DNA of 64,000 bases from a virus. Under the pieces are notes generated by a model. That model was not told the DNA's origin. It made no database searches and worked only from the letters and a program-made list of their open reading frames with translations. A program made the translations under genes and the position numbers. Positions 38,875 through 48,187 of the stretch are shown in pieces. The stretch lies in the IMG/VR virus record IMGVR_UViG_3300045963_000101; one strand, written 5' to 3'. Numbering within the stretch: the first letter of the stretch is position 1; every line of letters begins with the position of its first letter.

Positions 38875-40475
38875 TATTCGAAATCCACAAATTTAGGTTT
38901 ATACAGGCGGCCTGTCTCAGGATTATAACATGTATTTCCACAGTCACCGGTCAGACCAGTGAAGCGACATTTCAATACACGAAGCTTGATAGTGTTTCGC
39001 ATCTGGACAGTCTCGGCAATCATATTGCGTGCGAAGGCAATGATGTTAAAGGAGATTTGTTTGATGGAGCCACTACCTTTGATGTCATCGATAGAAGGTA
39101 GGTCACCTTCTTCAAAGACTTTTTTATCACCCTTACGCAGGTGAGATACAACCCCAAGCCAGATGTTATGCTTTTTGACGATCTTGAGTAGGTCACTCAT
39201 GAATGCATCTACTGCTTCATTACCTGTTTTACCATTCATACCCTCAGATACAGCAATAGTAATGTGATCAAGGATAATATACTTGCAGCCCATAAGAGCC
39301 AAGTGTTCCAGCTTATCAATGAGCGATTCATCACTAACAGATCCTTGATGATCAAGTAGTATGAGTCGTTCGTCTCCGAAGACTGTTTTAAATGCTTCAT
39401 ATTGTTCCTCATCAGAGACTTCTTCAGTGGACAGGTTCTTTTTAAGTTGCATACCGATGAACTTCTGCGCGGTATCACCGACAGATTCTTCAAGGGATAC
39501 CATACCAACCATGTCGGACGTTTTGTCGAGCACTTGCATCACTATTTCTTTAATGACAGTACTCTTACCTGAGCCTGTACCGGACGTAAACAGGTCGATC
39601 TCACCAAGGCGCATACCTTTGAGCTTGTCATTGAGACCATCAAGACAGTCAGGGTAGGGCAGACTGTCGGTGTTCTTCCGGCGTTGATACTGCTCCCAGA
39701 CTTCTTCACCTTTGACTACACCCGCAGGGCTAAAGGTACGTGCATTGAATACACACATCATCAGAGCTTCAGAACCTTGTTTGATGAGCACATCACAAGG
39801 ATCTTTTTCGGGGAGGTCTGCAACCTTAACCTTATCGAAGCCAATAATCCGAGCAGCTTCTTGTGTGGCTTTCTGTCCGGGTTCATCCATGTCTAGCATC
39901 AGGACTACTTCGTCGAATGACCTCAGGAATTCTCGTTGTTCGAGGAGAAGTTTTGTGTTTGACGCTGAAGGTATGGCCACCACTGGATAGAACCTGCCAT
40001 ATTTGTCGTACTGAGCTTGAGCCACGGCGAGACAGTCCAGTTCACCTTCTGTGACGACAATTCTTTTTCCACCTGATGCAACGTTCTGGCCAAAGAGCTG
40101 TATGCCTTTGAATTCTCCGTGGATAATAAAAGACTTAGGTAGCTTACGTTCTTTATACGCAATGATTTGGTTGTCTTTAGTATACGGATAGAAATGGCTA
40201 GCAATAGTGCCGTCCTCACCATAAGATACTTTAACACCGTAATGCTTAGCGACAATCTTTTTGATGTCACGTTCTTGAAATCCGCGAGTGTCATATGAAT
40301 CAATTTCTTCTAGTGTATGCATACTATAATTTTCTTTAAATACTTTAACTGAATTAGGATCTATTGGGCTGTTCTTAGTACAACTAAAACAGTAACCCCA
40401 CTCATCCTCCTCTTTGTAGGAGAATGCGTCAGATGAGCCACACTTAGGGCATAGCGAATGGATCCATCTGCTCAT
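38874..40475 (-). CDS. DNA primase-helicase (T7 gp4-like)
   Basis: CPKC...CFSC Zn motif, TOPRIM VVTEGELD and DMDEPG, Walker A SGTGSGKST, IILDHI, IKGSGSIKQ. Confidence 0.95.
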   Translation of the reverse strand: MSRWIHSLCPKCGSSDAFSYKEEDEWGYCFSCTKNSPIDPNSVKVFKENYSMHTLEEIDSYDTRGFQERDIKKIVAKHYGVKVSYGEDGTIASHFYPYTKDNQIIAYKERKLPKSFIIHGEFKGIQLFGQNVASGGKRIVVTEGELDCLAVAQAQYDKYGRFYPVVAIPSASNTKLLLEQREFLRSFDEVVLMLDMDEPGQKATQEAARIIGFDKVKVADLPEKDPCDVLIKQGSEALMMCVFNARTFSPAGVVKGEEVWEQYQRRKNTDSLPYPDCLDGLNDKLKGMRLGEIDLFTSGTGSGKSTVIKEIVMQVLDKTSDMVGMVSLEESVGDTAQKFIGMQLKKNLSTEEVSDEEQYEAFKTVFGDERLILLDHQGSVSDESLIDKLEHLALMGCKYIILDHITIAVSEGMNGKTGNEAVDAFMSDLLKIVKKHNIWLGVVSHLRKGDKKVFEEGDLPSIDDIKGSGSIKQISFNIIAFARNMIAETVQMRNTIKLRVLKCRFTGLTGDCGNTCYNPETGRLYKPKFVDFE

Positions 40476-40625
40476 TTACTTTAGGGCTACCATAACGATA
40501 GTCCATAGGATACTTACCAGTACGTAAGCAAAAATAGGTAGGAAGACAATCCACCAAGAGATAGCTGTAAAACCAGCCAATTTAAGGGCAATAAGAATAC
40601 CAGTTGCAATAGTGTAAATGTTCAT
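40476..40625 (-). CDS. Small membrane protein (49 aa), not in ORF track
   Basis: MNIYTIATGILIALKLAGFTAISWWIVFLPIFAYVLVSILWTIVMVALK; fills the gap exactly; GAGGA RBS. Confidence 0.7.
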   Translation of the reverse strand: MNIYTIATGILIALKLAGFTAISWWIVFLPIFAYVLVSILWTIVMVALK

Positions 40626-40954
40626 TGTAGTTCCTCAAATAGGTTATCAACGCGGAATAGCTCATCTAAACAGCGTTCTTCAATTGTTCTACGCAGTGCT
40701 TTTAGGGCTAGTGTTTTAGTGCTGTAAAGCATAATAGGTCCTTGACTATCTGTTTTGCTGGTTTTGTTTATACCATGGTATACGCTGCTTGAACATGCCG
40801 GTGAAACATTATTATATCCCGCATACCATCCTACACTCAGCTCATTATAACTTGCAGGAGGGTATACATCAGGTTTTACCTCAGGTGTCAATTTAAGGGC
40901 AGCAAGTCGTTTGTATTTTTCAAGCTCTGCCTTATCTGCTTTGGTCATTGCCAT
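40622..40954 (-). CDS. Hypothetical protein flanked by 18-bp direct repeats
   Basis: GAGGA RBS; coupled at both ends. Confidence 0.7.
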   Translation of the reverse strand: MAMTKADKAELEKYKRLAALKLTPEVKPDVYPPASYNELSVGWYAGYNNVSPACSSSVYHGINKTSKTDSQGPIMLYSTKTLALKALRRTIEERCLDELFRVDNLFEELQ

Positions 40955-40973
40955 TATTGTAGTTCCTCAAATA
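40624..40973. repeat. 18-bp direct repeat ATTGTAGTTCCTCAAATA at 40624-40641 and 40956-40973
   Basis: Two identical copies read directly; both encode LFEELQ* plus the next gene's RBS. Confidence 0.85.
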
Positions 40974-41136
40974 ATGTTACGTAGTCTGTAGAAGTATTAA
41001 CAATAGCACCATCTGTCATAAAAATTTGAACACCTTTACTGGTAGGGAATATCCTGAGGATATGCATGGTATTGATCATAATACCTTCAAGACCCCATTG
41101 GTCTGCCACTTCGATAAATTTATTAAGAGTAGTCAC
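40954..41136 (-). CDS. Hypothetical protein
   Basis: GTG start with AAGGA RBS; TAATG coupling. Confidence 0.6.
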   Translation of the reverse strand: MTTLNKFIEVADQWGLEGIMINTMHILRIFPTSKGVQIFMTDGAIVNTSTDYVTLFEELQ

Positions 41137-41281
41137 GGTCTTCCTTCATTTCACGTACAAAGTTACGTCGTTGTTTGGCTTCTTGCTGGGTTTGTTTCTT
41201 GCGTTCCCATTGCTCCTTAAATTCATCCTTGATCTTGATGTATTCTTCAAGGACTTCTGGCTTGGGAGTATTCTTTTTCAT
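41123..41281 (-). CDS. Small charged protein (52 aa), not in ORF track
   Basis: MKKNTPKPEVLEEYIKIKDEFKEQWERKK...; fills the gap. Confidence 0.5.
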   Translation of the reverse strand: MKKNTPKPEVLEEYIKIKDEFKEQWERKKQTQQEAKQRRNFVREMKEDRDYS

Positions 41282-41305
41282 TAGTTGTATCCGAAAGGGT
41301 TTATC

Positions 41306-41746
41306 TTATTTGACCATTGTGACATTGCACACGGCCCTTGGTTTAAGGAACTTGACTGCGCCGATGTTCCCGTTGTACCAGAGACGTTCTCCATCAGGAG
41401 TTTCATCTCTTGATAAGACCTCTGATTGCCATTGCTCTTGGACTTCGCTATATGTGAGATCTCCTGCGCCGAAGCACCATTTGTATATAACAAAAGTAAA
41501 TGATCCAAGTCCGTACAACTCAATATCATCAAGGAGTTCCCTGCAGGAGGATGTATATGATCTCCAGTCACTTTCTTTTCGAGTAACCCTTCGTCGCTTA
41601 GATCCGGCGACGACTCTTTTTGATACAGAGACAAGTTGTTTTCTCCCTATGTATTGTCGGCCTGTTGGTCCGAAGATGGCATAAATGAAGCCGAAGCTTC
41701 CTTCAGGTCTTGGACTGAGAGCAATCCAGTGTCCGTAGTCTTCCAT
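41306..41746 (-). CDS. GIY-YIG endonuclease (Seg-like)
   Basis: GFIY...TGRQYIGRK, ESDWRSYTSS, YNGNI. Confidence 0.85.
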   Translation of the reverse strand: MEDYGHWIALSPRPEGSFGFIYAIFGPTGRQYIGRKQLVSVSKRVVAGSKRRRVTRKESDWRSYTSSCRELLDDIELYGLGSFTFVIYKWCFGAGDLTYSEVQEQWQSEVLSRDETPDGERLWYNGNIGAVKFLKPRAVCNVTMVK

Positions 41747-42462
41747 TCTAACCTTTCTTTTAATTCTTCAAACGATAATGGACGGAGGTCGTCAGGTGAC
41801 TCACGCATGTAGATCAGATTAGCGCAGACTACAAACTGCTCTTTCCATTCACGACCAATCTTATCTTGCCATACATCGCAGACTTCATCCCAAAGACATT
41901 CATCCCTAATATCGGCTAGAAGCTTTGTCGCAGTCTTAGGTCCAATGCCTTTAATGCCTTTAATATTATCTGTCGAGTCACCCTGTAGGAGCTGTTCCAT
42001 TTGGAAACGATAAGCGGTTGCATAAGGTATAGCAGTAAACAAACCACTTCGGAAGTTATGGTGCATGCCAGGAATACAATTAAGATCCTTGTCAATATGA
42101 GACACAACAAAAGTGGTCCCATCACGAATAGCGTTGTTAGCCGTAAAGCAAACATAATCATCTGCTTCAGCGTTATCAGCTTCTGCACAATAAGTCTTGG
42201 CATGTTCATACAGTTCTATGATCCTTTCTTTTACGTCCGGCTCAATGTTGTTCTTACGATTGGCCTTGTAGGTTGGTTCGTAGTCAATACGAAAGTTACC
42301 CTCACCCTTGATAAAGATAACAGTGTTATCAGGTTCATTAGCGAAGATAATTTTGTCGATGTATTGATCGAATTCTCGCTTACCTTTTGTTACAGAAGGC
42401 TGTGTATGGGCAATCTGGTAGATGATACTGTCAGCATCAATTATAAGTAGTTCTGTCGTCAT
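41647..42462 (-). CDS. 5'-3' exonuclease (T7 gp6 / FEN-like)
   Basis: IIDADS, EADD, IDKDL, GDSTDNIKGIKGIGPKTA (H3TH). Confidence 0.92.
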   Translation of the reverse strand: MTTELLIIDADSIIYQIAHTQPSVTKGKREFDQYIDKIIFANEPDNTVIFIKGEGNFRIDYEPTYKANRKNNIEPDVKERIIELYEHAKTYCAEADNAEADDYVCFTANNAIRDGTTFVVSHIDKDLNCIPGMHHNFRSGLFTAIPYATAYRFQMEQLLQGDSTDNIKGIKGIGPKTATKLLADIRDECLWDEVCDVWQDKIGREWKEQFVVCANLIYMRESPDDLRPLSFEELKERLEWKTTDTGLLSVQDLKEASASFMPSSDQQADNT

Positions 42463-42734
42463 TTATAGCGGGTCTCAATAAACGTATATGGAAAGACTTC
42501 TGCAACTTCAGCAGGATAGGATTCACCGTCAGACCAGTATCCGGTGTTATCACGCGTATAGGTTACCCCAAAGTATTGTCCAAAATATTTATATACTTCA
42601 GTACTAATCACAAGTTTATGTTTTACATTTTCTGATTCATAAACAAGGTCATATTTAGGTAGATCAACTTCAGGTATAAAGTTACCGTTACCATCTGGCA
42701 TAAATAGCTTTTTAAAGTCTTCAGCTGTAATCAT
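42459..42734 (-). CDS. Hypothetical protein
   Basis: Start reassigned to ATG 42734 (GGAGG RBS). Confidence 0.65.
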   Translation of the reverse strand: MITAEDFKKLFMPDGNGNFIPEVDLPKYDLVYESENVKHKLVISTEVYKYFGQYFGVTYTRDNTGYWSDGESYPAEVAEVFPYTFIETRYK

Positions 42735-42735
42735 A

Positions 42736-44586
42736 TTAATGTACCTCCGCGTAGTTCTTACCGATATGAGCATCACCATTCATACACATCACTCCGAACT
42801 CTTTAGGAGCTTCTGTAAACGATTCAATAGAGAGTAGCCGTACTTCCTCGGCGAAGTTATCCGGTACCACAACAGCAAACTCATCGTGATAATGTAGAGC
42901 AAAATAATGAGGGATGCCACGTTTAATTAATTCCTTTTTCATCCATACAATAGCTGCCTTGCAAGTGATACCTTCAAGAGTCTGCAACAGATAGTTTAGT
43001 ACTTGATGCTTACTGCTTACGAAGATTGTTCGTCCGTCGATACCCCTAATGAAGGCGTTTTTCTTACCAAAGGCGTCAGACGTCTTATTGAATTGGGCTT
43101 CAAGGGATTCTCGGAGTTCTTTGAGTCCGGGAATTGAGTCTTGAAACTTTTCGATTGCAGACTGTCCCACGGCGACATCACGCTTTCCGGTAAGGATGAG
43201 GCCCAACTTACCAGCACCCCCGCCGAAAAGAAACGCATACAAGAAGGGTTTAGCAAGTTTGCGAGTAACGCCCAGCGCATTGGCATTTCGTTGGTGGACA
43301 TCTCCATTGATTACCTCTTCCGTGAAGTCTTCGTTGCCAATATAGTGACATAGTCCTCGCATCTGGTTACCAGCGGAGTCTGCGCCCACAATGGAATATC
43401 CTTCTTCACACTTAAGAAGCGAACGCATTTCTTTACCATATTCGGTGTCAACGCTCGGGAGGTTCGCCACGACCTCGTGTCGGCATCTAAATGTAGGGGT
43501 ACCAATAGTCCACATACGACCATGTAGCCGACCATCTTTTTGAGCCGCTTCAATCCATCCTTTGAGGATGTCTCGACGCGACCTGATTGTGTAGTATTCA
43601 TTGATTAGTTTTCCTGATTCACCAAGAGGGAGTAAGCTTGTTTCAGTAAGCTTAGGACCCTTCTTGATCATTGCTCCGTTGATTCTATCCCAATTCCATT
43701 CATCGGGTTCCCATCCAATGCTATAGAGATAATTTTTGACCACCTCAATAGATGAGACTTTGCCTTGTTCGAATGACACTCTGCAGTACGGGCCTTCAAT
43801 AGGTCGTCCAGAACGAGAAGGTCGTCCTGACTCAATAGGAATGTTAAACCATTTGACTGTGTTGATAGTGTAGCAACCATCCTTTCGCCAAGCGGGTTCC
43901 TTGTAATCATCTCGTCCATCTTTTGGGATGCATCGCATTCCGATAAGTGGTTCAAGATAGGCCTCGGATTTTTCCAACCTCCCATTTAGATGCTCCTGTA
44001 GTTTAAGTGCAGACTCCATATCGAAGATCCATCCACGGTTACGGATGTCAGCTTCGATCTTTGCGAATTCCATTTCAACATGAATACCTTTAGTAAAGAG
44101 TGGATTACGCTTGATGATTCGGGTACCATCTTCTTGCAGACACATGTACACTTTAGTATTCAGCTGTACATCTCGAATACAATACGTAAGCATTTCATCA
44201 CTGTATTTACTGAAGTCATTGAACTCCAGCTTAGGATATCCCAGCAGTGTACCCCATCCTTCAAGACTGTGTCGGTGATTCCGCTGGTACTGTATCAGCT
44301 GAGACAACACATAGGTATCCATAATGCGTTGAGTCTCTTTAGGTTTCCAGCCGAAGAGATGATCAAGAACAACTAAGTCATAACCAATAATGTTATGACC
44401 AATCAGGATATCTGCTTCAGACAGTTTAGTAAGACCCTCGAAAAGATCTTTATTCATGTTACCATCTTTGGATGTGTAAGAAAACACTTCGCTTGTATCC
44501 ACATCTTCGATGACAACCATCCAGCATTTATTTACATCCGGCATGAAACCATTGGTCTCAATGTCGAAAGTATATCTTTTAGTCAT
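42736..44586 (-). CDS. polA: Family A DNA polymerase (T7-like, 3'-5' exonuclease plus polymerase)
   Basis: FDIETNG, GHNIIGYD, YCIRDV; motif A GADSAGNQMR; motif B RKLAKPFLYAFLFG; motif C YHDE. Confidence 0.95.
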   Translation of the reverse strand: MTKRYTFDIETNGFMPDVNKCWMVVIEDVDTSEVFSYTSKDGNMNKDLFEGLTKLSEADILIGHNIIGYDLVVLDHLFGWKPKETQRIMDTYVLSQLIQYQRNHRHSLEGWGTLLGYPKLEFNDFSKYSDEMLTYCIRDVQLNTKVYMCLQEDGTRIIKRNPLFTKGIHVEMEFAKIEADIRNRGWIFDMESALKLQEHLNGRLEKSEAYLEPLIGMRCIPKDGRDDYKEPAWRKDGCYTINTVKWFNIPIESGRPSRSGRPIEGPYCRVSFEQGKVSSIEVVKNYLYSIGWEPDEWNWDRINGAMIKKGPKLTETSLLPLGESGKLINEYYTIRSRRDILKGWIEAAQKDGRLHGRMWTIGTPTFRCRHEVVANLPSVDTEYGKEMRSLLKCEEGYSIVGADSAGNQMRGLCHYIGNEDFTEEVINGDVHQRNANALGVTRKLAKPFLYAFLFGGGAGKLGLILTGKRDVAVGQSAIEKFQDSIPGLKELRESLEAQFNKTSDAFGKKNAFIRGIDGRTIFVSSKHQVLNYLLQTLEGITCKAAIVWMKKELIKRGIPHYFALHYHDEFAVVVPDNFAEEVRLLSIESFTEAPKEFGVMCMNGDAHIGKNYAEVH

Positions 44587-45061
44587 ATAATTTTTGTCCG
44601 TATTTTGCCCTGTAAAAGCTTTCTAAGGCTCTGGCCTCAACTTCTGCAGGGTCGAAGTAATACTCTTCTACTGTATCTTCTTTGTTATGATTACCTTTTA
44701 GGGGAACACCTTTACGACCTGTTAAGTATTGGCATACATGTACGAATTCGTGACAGATTGTACTGATGAATGCAGTAAGAGTATAGTTGTTAGGTGCTAT
44801 ACTGTGTTCACCACCGCAAGCTTCTGTCAGGAATGGATCACCAATCTGAACCATAATTTTGTTATAGTCAGGAGCATGAGTAGCCAGACCTGAAGAGACA
44901 TATTCATTGTAATCAATGAAAGAGATGTGTATTTCGGTTGCCGCCGGAGTACATTCTACATTGAATCGTTTGCAGTAATCTTTGATGATGTCCCGCAGAA
45001 GCTTCTTAACGTCCTTCTCGATCGGAGGGACTGCCGACACTGATATCTTTAAATTCTTCAT
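44579..45061 (-). CDS. Zinc metallopeptidase-like protein (HEXXH)
   Basis: ICHEFVHVCQY plus downstream PAEVEAR. Confidence 0.75.
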   Translation of the reverse strand: MKNLKISVSAVPPIEKDVKKLLRDIIKDYCKRFNVECTPAATEIHISFIDYNEYVSSGLATHAPDYNKIMVQIGDPFLTEACGGEHSIAPNNYTLTAFISTICHEFVHVCQYLTGRKGVPLKGNHNKEDTVEEYYFDPAEVEARALESFYRAKYGQKLYD

Positions 45062-45187
45062 CCGAATCCTTATTAGTAAGCATATCGATATAGTTTCTCT
45101 GATTGTGTCGTAGTTGAATGATCACCTGAGTAAGTGACCAGTTCTCCCAGAGCATATACGCAAGAGCAAAGCATAGGTATAGTTCCA

Positions 45188-45682
45188 TTAAAGTCCTGTA
45201 TATTGTAGCTCTTCACGGCTGAAAAGCTTTTCATGATTGCAGTCACCCATGCAGCGAATCTTGGGACGAGTCTGCCCACGATTGTACTGCACTGTTTCTG
45301 TATCATTCTTAATTAAGAAGGCTATTCCATCGAGACATTTGTAGTCATCACGATAGACGACTCGGGAAATTCCTGCAGCAATACATGCTTTAGCACATTC
45401 AATACACGGTGACAGTGTGCAGTATAGCGTTGCTCCAACGGAAGTCTCTGTACTCCTGCATAGTTTAGCAAGTGCATAAATTTCTGCATGGATAACTTGT
45501 GGCAGGGTTTTACCGTTATCATCACGCATAACATTAGACCACCCTCTAGGGGTGCCGTTGTACGAGTACGATAAGATAGAATCGCCTCGGGTGATGACAG
45601 CTCCTACTTTAGTTTTGATGTCATATGATTGCCTTGAGACTTGATCTGCGAAATCAAGAAAGAAGAGATCCCAATTTTTCAT
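45188..45682 (-). CDS. dCMP deaminase
   Basis: KVGAVI, YNG, HAE, PCIEC; start reassigned to ATG 45682. Confidence 0.9.
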   Translation of the reverse strand: MKNWDLFFLDFADQVSRQSYDIKTKVGAVITRGDSILSYSYNGTPRGWSNVMRDDNGKTLPQVIHAEIYALAKLCRSTETSVGATLYCTLSPCIECAKACIAAGISRVVYRDDYKCLDGIAFLIKNDTETVQYNRGQTRPKIRCMGDCNHEKLFSREELQYTGL

Positions 45683-45932
45683 AGTATGGTTTGTATTTGT
45701 TGTACGCTTGAGGTTTACTATCGTAGGCTTTGGCGATACTTTCTTCGTCAAGAGCCCACTCATAGCACAAAAGGTCAATCATAAACTTGAGTTGACCAAT
45801 CTCTTCTTCAAGAGCTTGCTGATTGGTATATCCATTCCATTGTTCGGACAGACCAAACCTGAAGCACTTGCTGATAGCCTGAATTACTTCGGCACATTCT
45901 TCTTGAGTTACAATAGCTACTAGTTTATTCAT
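45654..45932 (-). CDS. MazG-like nucleotide pyrophosphohydrolase
   Basis: QEECAEVIQAISK...LEEEIGQL helical acidic motif. Confidence 0.75.
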   Translation of the reverse strand: MNKLVAIVTQEECAEVIQAISKCFRFGLSEQWNGYTNQQALEEEIGQLKFMIDLLCYEWALDEESIAKAYDSKPQAYNKYKPYYEKLGSLLS

Positions 45933-46086
45933 TGATTGTTTCTACCTCTGCAACTTCGTATTTAGGTACATATATACAGTTGTTAAACCCTTCTGCAAGC
46001 TTATCCTCTAAGGTTTTAATTACATCAGATGTGTTATCACCATATTCTTGCATAAAGAAGGTTACTGTAATAGCGTATGTAGTCAT
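45925..46086 (-). CDS. Hypothetical protein (53 aa), not in ORF track
   Basis: MTTYAITVTFFMQEYG...; AGGA RBS; fits better than the track ORF 45932..46135. Confidence 0.5.
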   Translation of the reverse strand: MTTYAITVTFFMQEYGDNTSDVIKTLEDKLAEGFNNCIYVPKYEVAEVETINE

Positions 46087-46168
46087 TTGTTTCCTAGTTT
46101 ATATCCTGCGTAGAAGGCACCTGTCATTAAAGTAATAATGGCGATGCTGATAAGTGTTTCAATAATGA

Positions 46169-46585
46169 TCATTTGGCAATCTTTGGAAGTGGAAACGGAA
46201 CTTTAGAGACGTCTTGGCAACGACCGTCATCTCCGGCGTAAGATTTCTTTTGGAAGTCGTCATCAAGCAGACAGCCTACAGAGCCTGATACTGTAGAACA
46301 TTTCAATCCTACTTTTTGTGCAGGATTATCTTTGCTAATTAGTTTGACTGAACCCCAACCGTCACCTTGAGGGCATTCCGGTGACATAGTAGAGTCTGTT
46401 TGGGCAACAATAGCGGTGTTACTGTATTGTGGGTTTGTTGCACGGAAGGTTTGTGCGTTGAACTCTACGTTAGCTTTACTCTGAGCACGAGCTGTTTCAA
46501 GGGTATCGAAGGATACCTTATCAGGGCCACATGCAGAGAGAATTACAGCGAGAATAGAAGCGAAGATTACTTTAGTGAATGTCAT
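46169..46585 (-). CDS. Lipoprotein of unknown function
   Basis: Signal peptide with lipobox LSA-C; four further Cys; AAGGA RBS. Confidence 0.75.
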   Translation of the reverse strand: MTFTKVIFASILAVILSACGPDKVSFDTLETARAQSKANVEFNAQTFRATNPQYSNTAIVAQTDSTMSPECPQGDGWGSVKLISKDNPAQKVGLKCSTVSGSVGCLLDDDFQKKSYAGDDGRCQDVSKVPFPLPKIAK

Positions 46586-46613
46586 TTAAATTTCCTTGTG
46601 TCGGGTTGATTGG

Positions 46614-46628
46614 TACTAGGTTCCGGCT
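46614..46628 (-). promoter_or_regulatory. Putative phage-RNAP promoter, class II motif AGCCGGAACCTAGTA
   Basis: Co-oriented copy at a gene end, about 30 nt upstream of the lipoprotein start. Confidence 0.65.
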
Positions 46629-46924
46629 AACTCTTTGATGACCTGCAAGGTACTGCCAAGGTACCATGTGCCACCCTGCGATTCTGGTCGTTGCAGGGTT
46701 TTCATGTGGGTGAATTTTACTTGACACCATACACGATTCTTTTTGCTGAGATGTGGTGCAACTGCTTTATCGCAGATATGCCATCCGGCTCTTACTGCAT
46801 ATCCTTTTGTGGGATGTAGTTCGAAGGGATACTCTACGCCCATTTCAATAACTTGTCGTTTGTTAATGAAGAGAGGTCCAAGAGTACCGTTCTTACGTTT
46901 ACGAAATAGTTTGTAGCCTATCAT
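46616..46924 (-). CDS. Conserved hypothetical phage protein
   Basis: GYKLFR...LGPLFIN...HPTKGYAVRAGWH...APHL motif. Confidence 0.75.
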   Translation of the reverse strand: MIGYKLFRKRKNGTLGPLFINKRQVIEMGVEYPFELHPTKGYAVRAGWHICDKAVAPHLSKKNRVWCQVKFTHMKTLQRPESQGGTWYLGSTLQVIKELAGT

Positions 46925-47133
46925 TAATAGTTACTCGGTATTGGGTTATTACGTCCGCGATGATATCCTTCAGATCTACCTGCTGCATGACCTTGGTCGT
47001 AGCCGAGACCGTATGCACGTTTCTTGGCAACGAATATCATATTATCGATATCTCGCATGAATGCTGTGTAAGACATATCACCGAACTTTAAAGCACGATA
47101 TATGCTGGTTTTAGTTGGTGGTTTGTAGGTCAT
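46924..47133 (-). CDS. Hypothetical protein
   Basis: Coupled to the ligase stop. Confidence 0.6.
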   Translation of the reverse strand: MTYKPPTKTSIYRALKFGDMSYTAFMRDIDNMIFVAKKRAYGLGYDQGHAAGRSEGYHRGRNNPIPSNY

Positions 47134-48002
47134 CCGTCAATCTCCATATCACGGAATCCCAGAAAAATAGGATGCCGTGGTTTATCTTTTACGCCGATCG
47201 GGAAATGCTTATATTTGACAGTTCTTCCAAGCAAGCTGTCCTTAGTATTCCAGAATGTTTCTCGATCTTGAGCATCAAATCCACTACCGATTCTAAATTC
47301 CACTGCGAGTGGTGTCCTACAGATGAGTGCTCCAAGAGTACCTTTGCCAACGAGTCCAGCTTTTGCAGTTGATCGTTTAGTACGTCCAAGTTCATTGGTC
47401 TCTGCAGTATTAGCATTGTGCATTTCCTCTTCGAAACCTACAATAACAGCTTCAGCATCTTCAAAACGCTTGAGCTTGTAGGTATTGTTTTCGTTCATGG
47501 TCGTCCGACCAAATTTGTATTTACCAGTAAGACTTCGGAGGATTAACCCTTCGAATCCTGCATCAAGCACTTGTTGTTCAGCTTCAAGGAGCTCCTCTTC
47601 ATTGTTGACAAGAACACCTTTGATTACTTCGATGTATTCATGGACAAGAGACTCACTTAATGCTTGGAATCGCTTATAGAAAGGTTCATCTCGATTCCAG
47701 TAATCAAATACGAAGTATCGGAACATACCAACTTTGTCATGCGACATGACGAAAGAATTAGTGTCCCGATATACTGTTGGGCCATTAGGTTCACCGACGA
47801 TAAGCTCTCCGTCGAATCCTTCGAATTCGGGGTAAGAGAGAATTGACTGTACATGTTTGTTGGGGATGTCTTTCAGGGTACGTGACTTGGGTTTACCATC
47901 AACGATGGCACAACGAATACCGTCCAGCTTGGGGAAGGCTAACATTGGATACTGCAGCTTGGATGTATCAGGGTTTTCCCTGCAGAGTAGCATTGGTTTC
48001 AT
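47130..48002 (-). CDS. lig: ATP-dependent DNA ligase
   Basis: PKLDGIRC (I), FDGEL (III), EGLILR (IV), KLKRFEDAEA (V), OB domain IGSGF. Confidence 0.93.
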   Translation of the reverse strand: MKPMLLCRENPDTSKLQYPMLAFPKLDGIRCAIVDGKPKSRTLKDIPNKHVQSILSYPEFEGFDGELIVGEPNGPTVYRDTNSFVMSHDKVGMFRYFVFDYWNRDEPFYKRFQALSESLVHEYIEVIKGVLVNNEEELLEAEQQVLDAGFEGLILRSLTGKYKFGRTTMNENNTYKLKRFEDAEAVIVGFEEEMHNANTAETNELGRTKRSTAKAGLVGKGTLGALICRTPLAVEFRIGSGFDAQDRETFWNTKDSLLGRTVKYKHFPIGVKDKPRHPIFLGFRDMEIDG

Positions 48003-48187
48003 TTGATGTGTTTATCGCAGGTTGTAATATAGTTGTGGATACGTACAAGAGATTTACGGTATTTACGTTCTTCACTGTTGAAGGGTTCACCTATTGTTTC
48101 AATACAATTTTTAAGATATGCGATAACAATATCATCAACTTCGTCATCCGTCAAATCAAACATAACATCATTAAGACGATATTTCAT
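47999..48187 (-). CDS. Hypothetical protein
   Basis: GGAGG RBS; coupled. Confidence 0.65.
   Translation of the reverse strand: MKYRLNDVMFDLTDDEVDDIVIAYLKNCIETIGEPFNSEERKYRKSLVRIHNYITTCDKHIK

Noticed and set aside
34405-44586. Introns or inteins in RNR, RNAP, helicase or PolA, given two GIY-YIG genes
   Set aside because: All are continuous, of normal length, and lack intein splice motifs.
45932-46135. Track ORF of 67 aa
   Set aside because: Two shorter coupled ORFs with RBS (46083-46172 and 45925-46086) explain the region better.
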